Source: Marsupella aquatica (Eukaryota; Plantae; Marchantiophyta). From it: 64,000 nt of DNA. The position numbers and the translations under genes were made by a program. Positions 12,501-25,609 of the stretch are shown here, one piece after another; within the stretch, counting starts at the first letter, position 1, and each line of letters opens with the position of its first letter. A model generated the notes under the pieces. That model was not told where the DNA came from. It did no database searches and was given only the letters and a program-made list of their open reading frames with translations. Where the stretch lies: contig OZ316896.1 in assembly GCA_973895155.1 (NCBI GenBank), positions 19,022,754 through 19,086,753 on the forward strand, written 5' to 3'.

Positions 12501-12942
12501 CAAGCCCTATTCCCATGCGTTGCACAGTGCAATGAGGGCCGGCCCATAGGGAGTCAGGCCAGGGGGCGAGAGGCAGGGCAAGCGCATCGAGACCGAGGGG
12601 AGGGCAAGGCAGGGTGTCAGGGTAAGGGCATCAGGGCGAGGCAGGGCGTGGACCGAGGGGAGGGCGAGAGGCAGGGGCAAGGGCAAGTGCACCGGAGGGA
12701 GGGCGAGGCAGGGCATCAGGGTGAGGCATCGCGAGCATTGATGCCCATATACTTATATTGCAAGGGGGATCCATAATGAAGGCACAGGTGTGGGAGGCCT
12801 TGCCAAAGAGGGCAAGTGCTAATCAAATGGATATGATAATCCTCTAAAATTTCTCACGGCCAGTTTTGATTCCTGCCGATTTTGGATTTCATAGCGAAAA
12901 TGAAGGACGAAAAGAGGCGGGATCACTAATTATAGTTGTAGA
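12501..12942 (-). mobile_element. Non-autonomous Helitron-like element (~440 bp) with internal G-rich repeats
   Basis: The minus strand begins A|TCTACAACTATAATT and ends TGTGCAACGCATGGGAATAGGGCTTG|T (hairpin plus CTRR-like end), between A and T with no TSD. Confidence 0.6.
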
Positions 12943-13904
12943 TATGGGTCCTTGTCACACCCTACCTAAGACAGCCCGGAGGTCAGTCTACATGAATGTT
13001 TTGCTCATGATATCTTGATGTTTTGCTCAAAAAACAAATTGTCTGTAAAGGCCCGAAAGGTAATTTGATGATGATTGAGGATTGGGAAATTTTGACATTT
13101 GAGTCAACACAACTTTTCATTCTTTGCTCACTTCAAGTACGTGAATTCAAATGGCAGTACATATATCATGGACGAACCTATTATAAACAAGTATATTTAT
13201 TAGGTATCTCCTTTCCTTCAATCCAAGGACACGTCAATACATCACAATACTTGCTTGCTCACTCTCTTTTACTTTGGTAACGATTCGATGGAAAGATTTT
13301 GGTAGGGAACCTTATTTATAGTGGTTGAATGCTTAACCACTTTGTTGACAAATGTGTGCCTCTGAAGTATACACAGTACTGAACAACATCTTTCTTCTAC
13401 ATCGACACTATAATTCCTGACCCAAGGGTCCTGGTCGTGAATATTCCATTGATTTGAAACATGGTACAGGACAACATCATTCTTCTACATGGACACTAGA
13501 ATTCAGGATCCAAGGTTTACAGGTCATGATTTCTCTGGTAAAAATAAGCAAATTTTCACGTCTTCTTTACATATTATGATTTGAGATTGTTTGATCTTTA
13601 GGGTTGGGTAAGCTAGATTCCACCTCTCTTAAAAGTCTCAGCCACTTTTGGCAAACATTACCTACCAAATCTTTTTTGTCTTCCATTAGCTAGTTTCCCA
13701 CCTAGCTATTGACACAATTAGCCAAACTTTGATAGTTGTCCTTAATTTTAGGGAGATATGAGTGTACAAAATTCTAGGACTCTTAGATAATGAATATTTC
13801 TAGCATCTTCTCCCTCACACAAGCTCACATTCACCGTCTAGGTAGAGAAATACTTATAAATTATGCTTGGCCAAACTGTCAGATAAGATACCAAAGACAG
13901 GAGA

Positions 13905-14280
13905 CCAGTGTTTCCTATATGTGAGAATATTTTGCACGTTTGCTACCTGGTGAGGCTCTTGCTAAGGTTGCAAAGAGGTTACACAAAAGTTTCAGTGACT
14001 CATTTACCAAGATCAACCGTCCAGATCGACCAGTGTTTCCTTTATGTGAGAATATTTTGCACGTTTGCTACCTGGTGAAGGCTCTTGCCAAGGTTGCAAA
14101 GAGGTTATACAAAAGTTTCAGTGACTTATTTGCCAAGATCAACCGTCCAGATCTACCAAAGTTTCCTTTATGTGAGAATATTTTGCACATTTGCTACCTG
14201 GTGAAGGCTCTTGCCAAGGTTGCAAAGAGGTTATATAAAAGTTTCAGTGACTTATTTGCCAAGATCGACCGTCCAGATCT
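13905..14280. repeat. Tandem repeat, 3 x 125-126 bp
   Basis: Units begin at ~13905, 14030 and 14156 with high identity. Confidence 0.95.
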
Positions 14281-14489
14281 GGTCATACATTTAACGATCA
14301 TAATTATATTGTACAAGTCGAGTGCAATCGTTCTCAACTAGCCATAAATGTCACCTGCCCAAAATACGAAAAGAAGCACTCAGGGAGACCCGATAACGAT
14401 AAAGACAAGAAAACAGCACAAAGGAATGAAAAGAGACCCGGGGGATCCAATAAAGTAATTCTTAGCTGATTGTGAATTCTCGTGTCCTA

Positions 14490-17400
14490 TCTTTTTCAAT
14501 GGTGGTGTTGGGAGGTGCGGCGAAGATGCGGAGGTGCGGCGAGCAGCGGAGGTGCGTTTCAGGAGGCGTGGGGTAATAATGAGGGTCCCCCGGCCCCCTG
14601 GAGCGGAGGTCGTCAGCCTGGGCTGACGCTCCCGGCTCAGCCCTGCGCCCGGGAAGGGTGGCCCTGGGCCCGGGTTTGATGGCCCTGGACCTGGGAAGGT
14701 TGCCCCCCCCCCCGGGTTGGGTTTTGGTTTCTTGGCGGCCCCAGTTGGGTTGGGTTTCTTGGCGGCCCGGTTTTCCTTGGCGGATTTGTGCTTGGCGGCC
14801 CCGGACCTGGTTTGGTTGGTGGGGCTGGGCCCCCACCATAGGCGGTACCCGTTCGCACTCTGGCTCCGTGCCTATGGGGTTTTTTTGTTCGGTCATTGGA
14901 GGCGTTCCTTCGGGTTACCAGGTTTCTGTGTTCGGCGCGGCTTGCCACTACCGGGTTGAGGTTCTTTGCCTTGGACATCCATCCCTTGTTCCCTCGTTTA
15001 TGTTTTTGTTTTGCTCGAGCTTTCCGGTGTTGTTCTTGTACTCTTTTCTCATTGTTCCGTTCATTTATTTTTGTTTCCTTTGCCCCTACCCTTTATCCCA
15101 GCTTTTTCCCAGCATTTTCCCATGGAACCCCTCTCCTATCCTAGTTCACCACCTACCACTCTTGTCCCTATGGCTTCCCCATCTTCCACCCCTCGTTCAG
15201 CTCGCCGGATCCGCCCCTCTTCCCCCCACTTCTCCTTCTGATTCCCGTGTCCAGTGTGATGCTTGTCACAGTTGGTACCAACCATCTGGTCTGACTCGCC
15301 ATCGTCGCTCATGTCCCGCTCTTCGTGCTTCCTCCTCCTCTGTGCTTCCCCCTGCCCCCCTTCCCCCTCCCTCGTCTGGCCCCCCTTCTTCCTGGGATTG
15401 GCTGGCCCACCTGGATGTCCTTGCGGCTCTTTACCCCGGTTTCCGGCATCCTCGATTGTATACCCGGATTCCTGTGCCCTTGCGGCCCCTGCTTCGGCAG
15501 GCCTTTCGTCTTCCTTTTGACCGGCTGGCGCGTGACCCCACAGATGTTGGTGCCTGGTCCCTACTCCTCTTGCTTCCTCATTGGGTGTTGACCCTCCCTC
15601 CTCGTGGGGGCCCGGTCGGGCATAGGGAGACCATTGCCACGTTGCAACGGTTTTTGTCGGGGGACTGGATTTTGCTTCAGGAGGAGTTCTATCACCGGCT
15701 TCTTGCGTTGGCCTCTAGGGCCTCTGAGTTTGAGGAGGAACCTCTGGTCCCTCATGTCCAGCGCCGCCTTCGCCGATGCCTCTTGTTGGGACAGGAGGGG
15801 GAGTTTTCTCGGGCCGCACGTTCCTTGGTTCCCCTTTCCCCCTCTCCTCCTTCGGTCGAGATGGTTGCGGCCCTTCGGTCCCTTCATCCCCCGGCTTCTT
15901 GCGCGGTTCCAGGTTTCATTGGGAGCTTCTCTCCGGAGGTTGAGTTCTCCCTTTCTCGCGAGATTTTTTCCTCTGTCTTCCTTCATTTGCCCCGTCTTTC
16001 TGCTGGGGGCATCTCTGGGATGAGGTTCGAGCACCTCAGGGACTGCTTCTCACCCGATGACTCGGCGTCGGGTTTCCAGGAGTTGTTCCAGGTGTGTGCT
16101 CATGTTGCAGGTGGCCGCATTCCGCCTGTTGTCGCTCGGCTCTTGGGGGCGTGTCGGCTCATGGCTTTGGCCAAGGAGACGGGTGGTGTTCGACCCCTGG
16201 TCATTGGGGAGGTCCTGTATCGTCTGGTTAGCCGCTGCATTTGTTTATAGATGAGGGCACCGTTTGCTTCACACTTCTTCCCCCACCAGTTCGGCGTGGC
16301 CACCCCGGGCGGTTGTGAGAGCGTGGTACATGGCTTGCGTGCCGTTTTGGACCTCCACCCTGATTGGGGGGTCATTCAGGTGGATGTTGCCAATGCCTTC
16401 AACTCTGTCTCCCGCCGTGTGATTTTTGAGGAGCTTCGGGATGCTGGGGGGGAGATTGCATCCCTCATCCCTTTTGCTCGGGCTTTTTATGGGACCCCTG
16501 CCCCCTTGGTCTACTCTGACCATCTGGCGTCTGGGACATACTCCACCATTATGTCAGAGTCCGGCACCCAGCAGGGGGATCCCCTTGGTGGTGCGTTGTT
16601 TGCCTTGGCTCATCTTCGGGCCATCCGGGCATCTTCCGGTGCTTTTCCAGGTTGCTTGTTCCCCTCTGTTGCTGACGATACTCACATTGTTGCTCCTGCC
16701 TTGCTTCTTGGAGATGCCTATATCCATTTTGTTCAGCAGCTTGCCATTATTGGTTTGTCAGTACAGCCTAGGAAGTGTGGGGTCTGGTCCCGTCTTCCTC
16801 TCCCGGACTCATTCTCCCCCCCTCTTGATATCCCCATTAGACATGATGGCATTCGAGTCCTTGGGGTGCCGTTTGGGGGGACGGCCTTTGAGCAGGAGTT
16901 TCTACAGTCTGCCTTGGACCAGGATGTTGCGCACCTTGACCAGCTGGTGGCTTTGGGGGATGTCCAGATTGCCTTCTTGATTCTGGTTTTGTGTTTTGTT
17001 CGCCGACCATCATACCTTCTGCGGACGGTCCCCCCCACCCCAGCGTTTTTGTCCTTGCTCTCTTCCTTTGACACCACCGTGATGCGGGTCTTTGGTCACC
17101 TCATCGGTCCTGGAGCCCTTGATGGAGAGGATGGTTCTTTTGCGGCTAGGCAGGCGTCTCTACCCCCATCGCGAGGTGGTTTGGGGGTGTCCTCGGCTGT
17201 GGTTGCTGCTCCTTGTGCGTTTCTTGGCAGTTGGGCGCAGGTGGCCCCCGCCTTGGCATCACGTTTCATTGTGGACCTTCGGCCTATCCTCTCTGACTCG
17301 GTCATGGGAGTGGAGAACGGAGCTCTCCCTTTTCAGATCCAGCTTCGTCATGCCCGGTCCTTATTACCGGAGGATGTGCAGAGCGTGGTCCCTGCTTTTG

Positions 17401-18490
17401 AGGGAGTTATTTTGGACAGTCCCGACCGAGTTCAACAGGTGATCTCTGATCGCATGCACCGATTCACCCTTTCTAGCATGCTTTCCGACGCACCCTCAGA
17501 CTTGGTTCGAGCGCATCTTTTATCCGGTTTGGGCGTTGGTTCGGGGGCTTGGTTATCTGCGAGCCCATTGTGGGCCCCCTTTCGTATGAGTTCTTTTGTC
17601 TTCACCACTTCCATGCGCCTCCGTCTTGGTCTTCCCCACCCATGCCTCCTTGGGCAACCCACATGTGTTTGTGGAGCGCCCTTGGATAGGGGGGGAATCC
17701 ATATCCTACGATGTGGTCATGGTAGTGAGCGGACGGCGACACACGATGACATCCGGGATGTGGTAGCCGCCATCGCTCGTGATTATGGGTATCATGTTAT
17801 GATGGAGCAACGACATGTGTTACCACCCCGGGATGGAGTACCGGACAGGCATCGGGCCGATTTGGTTTTCTCTCGCGCTAGTGTTCGTGCCCTTGGGGAT
17901 GTGGTTGTTGCTGACCCCACTAGTGGAGCCAATTTGGCGTCCGCTGCCCACATCCCAGGTCATGCTGCCACGAGGGCTGCTCGCCTCAAGGAGGAGGCTT
18001 ATGCTACGCGTTACCCAGGGGACCTTTTCTACCTGTTTGCCGTGGAGGTCTTTGGAGCGCTGCACCCGACCTTTGACCAGTTCTTGCGCTCCTGTGCGGT
18101 TCATTATGTCGAGCGGCGGCCTTATCCACCAGTCTCTGTTATCACATCCTTTTTTAGACAGAGGGTGTCCATTGCACTTCAGCGTGCACAGGCCTTCACT
18201 ATCCTTCGTAGAGGCGAGGCGGTTGGAGTCCGGGCATCTAGTCGGATTCCATTGCTTGACCCCCCTATGCAGTTCACGACGGAGCTTTATCAGGCCCTTC
18301 ACTTTGCCGTTGGGTAGTCTTTAGGTTTGTGTGTCCTTTGTTCTCCTTGGGTTGGGCTTGTGCCTGGTCTTTTTTGTTTTTGCTCTTTGGCCTTTTTTCT
18401 TGTTTCCCCTTGATTGGGTTTTTTGGCTTGTGGGATCCTGTCTCCCGGTTCAGCGCCTCCTACTCTTTGGCAGTTTGATATATAATAAAG
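14490..18490 (+). mobile_element. CRE-like non-LTR retrotransposon with restriction-like endonuclease (termini approximate)
   Basis: Single long ORF with N-terminal zinc finger, RT and C-terminal CCHC/RLE. GC-rich 5' UTR and T-rich 3' UTR. No clear TSD found. Confidence 0.85.
15122..18317 (+). pseudogene. Zinc finger-RT-RLE polyprotein with two apparent lesions
   Basis: Zinc finger CDACHSWYQPSGLTRHRRSC. RT motifs GVRPLVIGE, HQFGV, VDVANAFNSVSR, GTQQGDPLG and VADD. C-terminal CVCG..H..C, THD, RADLV..GDVVV, KEEAY and VEVFG. In-frame TAG at 16248-50 and a probable frameshift in a C-run near 15225. Start codon could be 15122 or 15170. Confidence 0.9.
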
Positions 18491-19946
18491 GAGGGAAAAC
18501 AAGACAAGATCCCCAACCCCCCAATAATAAAGTAACAAAAAGGAGTAAGACCCACTAATAAAAGAATAAAAGGTGGAACACCCAATAATAAAAGAATAAA
18601 GAGGTGGAAGACCGATTCAAAACCAACTAGAAAATAAAAACAATTAAACTCCAAAGATACCGCTAAAGTTACTCCGTACGCTGCACCCAGTTCATCGGAT
18701 GTGAGTTGGCCCCTCCCGCAGCCGACACGACTGCGCGCTCTGCGCCAGGTGGGTCCGCCTCGCGTTCGGTGCGCAAACCTTCGTGTACGTTTGGTTCAGC
18801 GCTGAATAGCTGAACGATACACAGGATTGCACTAAGGAATAATGGCGCTGCGGCTTCGGTCGCTGTTCGGATTGCCGCTCGTTCTGTTTGCTGGGCGATC
18901 GTCAGCAATCTGGTGAGATCGGCTTCGAAAATCACAAACTGCGACGAATTGGGTTTGGAAAGAGGAAAGCCGCTTCGAAAGTGGTCCAGTGTAGAACGCC
19001 AGCCGCGAATGGAGCTCGGAAAGGTATAGAAGGGGCAGGGAGCGAAGGCTCGAGCGGGTGGCTGAGCGGGAAGGCAGGCAGTGCACGAAAAGTGATGTTG
19101 CTCGTTGGCCGCTGCTTTGCTGCGCGGCGTGGAGAAAAACTGCGAGGCTGAGGAGCATCACCTTTTGCAGATTTCACGAGGAGCGCAGGCTGGAATCCGT
19201 TAGATTGTGCTTTCTCCACTGCGGGAGGATGATGCATAATGAGCTCCAGCAGCAGCAGTACGATGCAGTCTGGACGAGGCATCGGAATGTTTCTTGGTTT
19301 TGTGCGTATTGAGGACGGGTGGGCTTCCAAGCGAGTGGCTTTGTCAGAAAAAGGCGTACTGTACTACTAGGCTTCCAGCCTGAGGAGGTACCACCCAGTA
19401 ACTACTGTAGATAGACACAGAGAGATGAGTTTTTGGTCGTGAATGTAAACCTTTACAGTAGAGCATTGAGGTTAGACCGCCTATGGTCTTCTTCGATCGT
19501 CGCGGGCGTGGGAATCGAAGAAGGATGCAATTGGATCATTGTAGAGAGTATGGGGACTGACTGACTCCTCTCCAACAGGCCTGTTGGTTCGGATTAACCA
19601 TCGAGCTGAACGAGAAGTCGAGTGCGGTAGATCGACACGCAGCTATGGAACTGCTGATGCATTTCGGAGACCGGACCAATTGCCCTTGTATGCAGTGGAG
19701 AGGGGTGTTTTGTGAGTCTGGTTGTCGGCGGTTGTGAGAATGAGATAATCTTCCAGTGCAGCAGAGAAGATACTGGATCAGGATTTGGAGGAGTCACCCT
19801 AAGTGACGGACGCACAGGCCGAGGATTGTCAGTGAGGCTGTTTGAATGATCTTGTCTTCACGGTTGGATAAGAAAGGAAAAAGCGGGAAGCAAGGAAAGG
19901 GGAGGAAAGAGAAGGGAAGGACACGGAGGCATTGCAATTATTAGGG

Positions 19947-22900
19947 ATGGGAATGATAGGGATGATTTTGCGGCATCCAGAGGAAGTGCCAGCATTGGTG
20001 AAGCTGAAGGTAGCATCAGTGCAGGCATTGAGTTTCGTTCCTCCGGAACCGCATTGGGCATTCTGTTATAGCCTGTTGCAAAGAGTGTCGCGGAGCTTCG
20101 CCATCGTCATACATCAACTAGGGCCCGAGCTACGCAATGCCGTAAGAAATACGGACTCCCTCCTTTTTGACGTGAAAAATGTTCATTCGATCAGGGACAA
20201 AGATATAACTGATTATAGTTTTGGTATTCGTGTCTGACTGCTTGTTTTAGATTGATATTGACTCCGTGAGATTGGGGTTGATGTGGAGCGCGAGCTCCTT
20301 GTCTCTCTTTGTTGCACTTGTATTGTCTAAGATGCGAAATCAGACATATATATATACAGTTATGATTTCTTAGTTTCCTTCTTGTCAGTGGAGTTGAGTG
20401 GGAATGCTCACATAAGCTTTTGCTTTCTGTGCGATGAATTTGCTGCATTGTTAAGTCACCTGTACCGTGTCAAGAATTATTAGCTTTCAATGGCAACTAG
20501 AGCAATTGATGTGATGTTCCACCCTACAAATCTTGCAGATTTGCGTTTTCTACTTGGTTCTCCGCGCCCTAGACACGGTCGGTAAGTAATCATGGATCGG
20601 ATCATTTTCCTATGGTCTGTAATGATGCGGGTTGTCATTCTCCTTTTGCCATCAGAGTGGGCTCTAGATTTAGTCCTCATCGCGTTTCTGTTACAATGCC
20701 ATGGTCAATGCAAGTGAGGTTGTTTTTGCCGTGTGATCTACCCAGCTGATATAGCTTACGATCGAATTGATTGGGTGGATCGAGGACAGAGGATGACATG
20801 GGTGTCCCTATCGAAACGAAGGTCCCCATTTTGAAGGCATTTCACCAGACAATTTACGATTCATCCTGGCATTTCGTATGTACGTCCTTCTGAAAAATAT
20901 CCCCATCTTTTCAAAGTTCCAGTTTTCCTACGGCAGCTTGCGGATCGAGAGTTACGCCCTTGAAAATTGAAGCTTCGAAGTGTTTCTGCTTATAAAAAAT
21001 TTGGCATGCATTTGTGTGACAGGTGGCGAGAAAGATTACAAAGAGTTGATGACTGGCTTCCATCATGTCTCCACAGCATTCTTGTCTCTTGACAAAGGGT
21101 TCGTTTGGACAGCTCAATTCCGTTGAAGTCCTGTTATGGTTCTTCAATTACTGCGATAGGGCTTGCGAATGGCATTAAGTAAACCCAGTGCTTATTATGG
21201 ACGAAATACGGGCTCCTAAATTGGTGTTTAGCTCCCGATTCTGCTAGTAGGATTGGCAGTTGTAGGCGATCAGGAAGTCGTGTGAAGATTCCTTGATTGT
21301 GATTCTTTGAGCCGTCCGTGTCTCTCCTGTGCAGGTATCAAGAGGTGATCAAGGAGATGACAGACCGCATGGGTAATGGGATGGCTAAATTTATTGAAGC
21401 AGAGGTACATTTTGCAACCATGTCGCCCTCACCCTGGTCGCTGGTCGCATAGGTCACCTGTGTAGATATTTCCTTGCCCACAAAAGCGTTGTTGATGAAT
21501 TCAATTTGCGACGTGTACTTTCATCTGCTCTGAAGTTGATTTGGTGAGCTCTGACTCTAATGGGCGTTGATTGCATCACTTCCGACAGGTAGAAACTATC
21601 GCAGACTACGACGAATATTGTCATTATGTGGCCGGAATTGTTGGATTAGGGCTGTCGCGACTCTTCTATGCCGCTGGACTGGAAGACTTTGCCTTGGATG
21701 TCCTCTCAAACTCGATGGGCTTGTTTCTACAGGTGCGTCGAGTTTATCGTACCTAGCTTGGTCACTCCAGTTTTTCTAGCCTTTTGGTGTTGAGGGGTGA
21801 AGGGTTGATAAGTGAAGCTTTCATTCTATTTCGACTTTTTGTTGTTCGGAAGATCTATGACAGCATAAAGCTGTTTGATTCCACTATGACAACTTGAGCT
21901 GACTGACTTTTCATACTTCTTTCCAGAAAACAAATATCATAAGGGATTATCTGGAAGACATCAATGAGTTGCCTGCACCACGAATGTTCTGGCCTCGTGA
22001 AATTTGGGGGAAATACGTAAACCAGCTGGAGGTTTTTATTTAACTGAGCCTTCTAATTTTGACCTGCTTGGTGTTCAATGCTAGAAGTACACGGGTTTCC
22101 CTTGTTGTGCCGGTAGGATTGCTTGTGAAGTTACACATTACCAAAAACTCTTCATGAAAAAGTGGAGTTGTTCTCCTGAAGTTGCTTTCAGAGAGTTCAT
22201 GTTCCTGCAACTACCTGATGCGGATACTGTCTGGTGAAGCAGGACTTGAAGGAGGAGGACAATGCCGAGGCAGCTGTCAATTGTCTCAATGACATGATAA
22301 CCAATGCCCTTAAACATGCGCCAGATGCTCTCCAGTACATGTCTGCATTGAGGGATCCAGCAATATTCCGTTTCTGCGCCATTCCCCAGGTACCCTACTA
22401 TTTTCATGCTATCTCTTCCGGAACAAACCTGTTCACCACAAGAATCGATGGAGGAAAATCCCAACGATAACTTCATAAGTTTAACATGGACGCAAGTAAA
22501 CACTTCGATGATAGAAATGCGTTTAAGCAGGTGACCTTCAAGACCTGCCCACATACTCTGGGTGTTCTTCTCAAGTATGTAGGGAGTCGATCCTCGCGCA
22601 TCAGCATTTCTCTTCGTGGTTCAATTATGTCCTACTAAAATCTGCTAGCCATCTCTGGTGTGCCACTTTTTTTCGGGTGTTTTGTATGATGTCTGACCCT
22701 CGATTACGGAAATGAAATAATGGATACAGATCATGGCAATAGCCACGCTGGCTCTCTGCTACAATAATATACTTGTGTTCAGAGGTGTTGTCAAGATTCG
22801 GCGAGGTGAGATGTCATGCTTCTGTATTCGCGATAGAGTTTGGGATTGTTACTATCTTGCCTTACGATTTCTACGTCTCAGACCACATCTCCCTCGGATT

Positions 22901-23939
22901 GTGGATATTAGTTGATTGAAAACTGTCCTTGGACTACAATCTCCATCGATTGTTACGAGTAGCGATTTAATCTTGGTTATGGCCCCTCGACACTTGCCTA
23001 GCAGTGGACTGCAATTTGCTCTATGTATGTCTTTACCTATTGATAGAAGCCAGAGAGGGACTCCTTGGAAATTTGCTTGGCATCAGAGACAGTCCACTTT
23101 TCGAAAAGGGGAATTATTGGGTATATTGTTTTAGCATCTCCTGGTGCGGTGAAGTTTGAGGTGTTTCAAACTTGTCGTAGACCATAGAAGAAGACCCCTA
23201 AACTCGAGCAGCTTTTTGTAACATAGTCCTCATTCAGACCTTTGTTTCCTTTCAGGACTCACTGCAAAGATCATGGAAGGGACGAAGACAATGGGCGATG
23301 TTTATGCTGCGTTTGTTGAGTTCAGTAATGTATTGGCATCTAAGGTATATTGTGCTGCTTAATTCCTGGATCGAGTTCGATCTATTTGTCGATAGTTCCA
23401 TCTGTACCAAAGAAGGAGCTATGCTTGAAAGCGGGTTTCACAGTTGGTGTTGGAACTGCAGATTGATCAGGCCGACCCTTCAGCAGAGCTAACACAAAAA
23501 TATCTACAAGACATTCGGGAGGCTTGCAAAAGTCACTTCCTAGTCACTTCAAAAAGGTTTGCACCACTTCGGACCTAGTGAATGTTACGGACATGAACTG
23601 TTTATGCCTTGCTGTTTTTAAATTCCACGAGCCATCCCAACGGCAGTGTTGGATATGAGTTTACGGATTTTTCTGTGTTGTTCGCAGGACTTCGTTTTCA
23701 ATTGAAAGCAAGAGAGGGCACGAAATATGCCTGGTGAGTTTTACCGAGAAAGCTCTGGGTCGTTTTATAAGTAGGAGATATTTGGGTATGTGATGTAAGG
23801 CAGTACCTTGCTAGGTGTCCTGGCAGATAGAAGCGTACGAATTGTTTGAATCAGCTTCTAAGGCTATTTATTGTTTGTTCAACAGGTTTTGGCGCTCTTA
23901 TTTTTGACATTGGCCATGGTGCTGATTGTGTTTCGATGA
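19947..23939 (+). CDS. SQS: Squalene synthase (13 exons)
   Basis: Peptides [86 protein letters not shown] and VKIRRG, plus a C-terminal TM helix. Approximate GT-AG exons: 19947-20141, 20539-20581, 20790-20879, 21024-21098, 21335-21403, 21589-21732, 21927-22031, 22243-22389, 22730-22805, 23256-23344, 23462-23556, 23688-23733, 23886-23939. Confidence 0.97.
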
Positions 23940-25609
23940 ACAATAAAGGATACCTGACCGACGAATCTGCTGCCATAAGTTATTCCTTGCCTCTGAACGT
24001 ATGATGACGATTTGTTTTTTCTCTCGGACCAACTCAGCCCCCAGAGGCAAGCCTCCTGTGCATATGAGGGCGATGGTCTGTCAAGCATTTGTAAATTGTT
24101 TGGGGTGGTTTATTTGTACTTGCGTGGATGACCGAAGGACGTTCCCATATTGGCTATGGCTATCTCTAGTGAATTATCACCCTGATGATTCTCTTCCTGA
24201 AGTAGATGGGATAGGAGGAAAGTAGTATTGGGGCATTTAATTCGTAATTCGTCTTCGAAATTATAGTGTTCCGCCTCAGTTCAGTGCCATCAGCAAACGT
24301 CCAAATCTAGGATAGATGTTCTTTGAATTAGTGTGTATTCACCAGAGTTACAGAAAGCTAGGAAGTCATCGCGATGTGCGCTTCAAACCTCTGGACTATT
24401 GAGAATGTTCGTAAGGAATCTAGCGCGTTAAAAAAAATTGTGGACAACGCACTTTCTACTCTGTAAAGCTGCACGTTATCCCTTTTCCTTGTATATGAGA
24501 AGATGAATACCTGTCTGGGCCATTGCATGCTGAGGTCAACATTGAAGTACATTTTCGCCACAAACAGAGAGCCCTGAGGTTTCTGTGCAAGAAGTTTCTC
24601 AACATCGCTTGAGGTGTTTACTGTAAATGACAGAGATTCACGGTATGAAGGATTCAGTTTAGTCGAGGCTTCTTTTATGTAATTCTTGATCTACTAGATC
24701 AAAGAATGTATGATACCACTCGACACTGAATTTGAACACCCCGCGAGATTTCTTCTATCTTAATTTATGATATGTGGAGCACTGAATTTGAACAAGGTTT
24801 AGGTTCGGTTTTAAGGCTAGTTCCTTTCGATGAAGGCTGCACGGCATGAAATATGTTAGTAGTGAATATCTTAACACCTAAATGAATGTTCATTTTTCAT
24901 GAGCTGAAGTCTGGCAGATTTCTATTTTTGGTTAAACTTGGACATATACGTTCATGTTTGCTTGACATCCCCGCTCTTTCAGGAAGCGCTTTTGATTCTA
25001 ATAAGAGTCTGAAATTGTCGGGTCGTGAGGAATGTGTGATTTACAGCTTTGTAAGTTGAGGGCAGGGACGTGAGGGAGGGAGAGCACTGCAAGGGAGGGC
25101 GGGACCGGGAGGACAAGTGTGCACGGTGAGGCGGGGGCAGCCATGGGAGGGAGGGTGAGGGAGGGAGGGTGAGGGAGGGAGATTGAGAGAAAGGGGTGGT
25201 GGGGGGCGGACAAACAGAAAATTGTCTCCCTCCACCTAGTGTTGCTTCACCTGCCTATCCATGTGATGCCTTTGGCGTCATTGCTTGTGTTGCTCTCATT
25301 TTTGGAACATGATCACAATGACTGCATAGTGCTCTTTTGGAACATGGTCAGAATGACTGCATAGTAACGATGACAAATGTTGAATGCATGGTCATCTGAT
25401 TAGTTATAGACATAACCTCCCTATTCTTTCCATAGTGAAACGCTTATTCCACAGCCCCTCTAATAGAGAGATCTGTAAGTGTTAAAAGCACCATGCGGCT
25501 TGTGACACCATTTGACCAATGGCTGAGTATCTGGTTTATCACACCATTTGACCAGTGATGGAATGTGATGCTTCAATCTGTACCTCATAATCATTGTGAT
25601 ATGGTTATA

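Noticed and set aside
13940-14341. 133-aa ORF with three repeated peptides
   Set aside because: It is simply the translation of the 125-126 bp tandem repeat, and there is no ATG start.
14395-18540. Target-site duplication for the CRE-like element
   Set aside because: The flanks share only short A-rich motifs, so no unambiguous TSD could be fixed.
18660-19350. GC-rich stretch with overlapping ORFs on both strands
   Set aside because: No recognisable domain or splice structure; probably promoter/UTR or a TE remnant.
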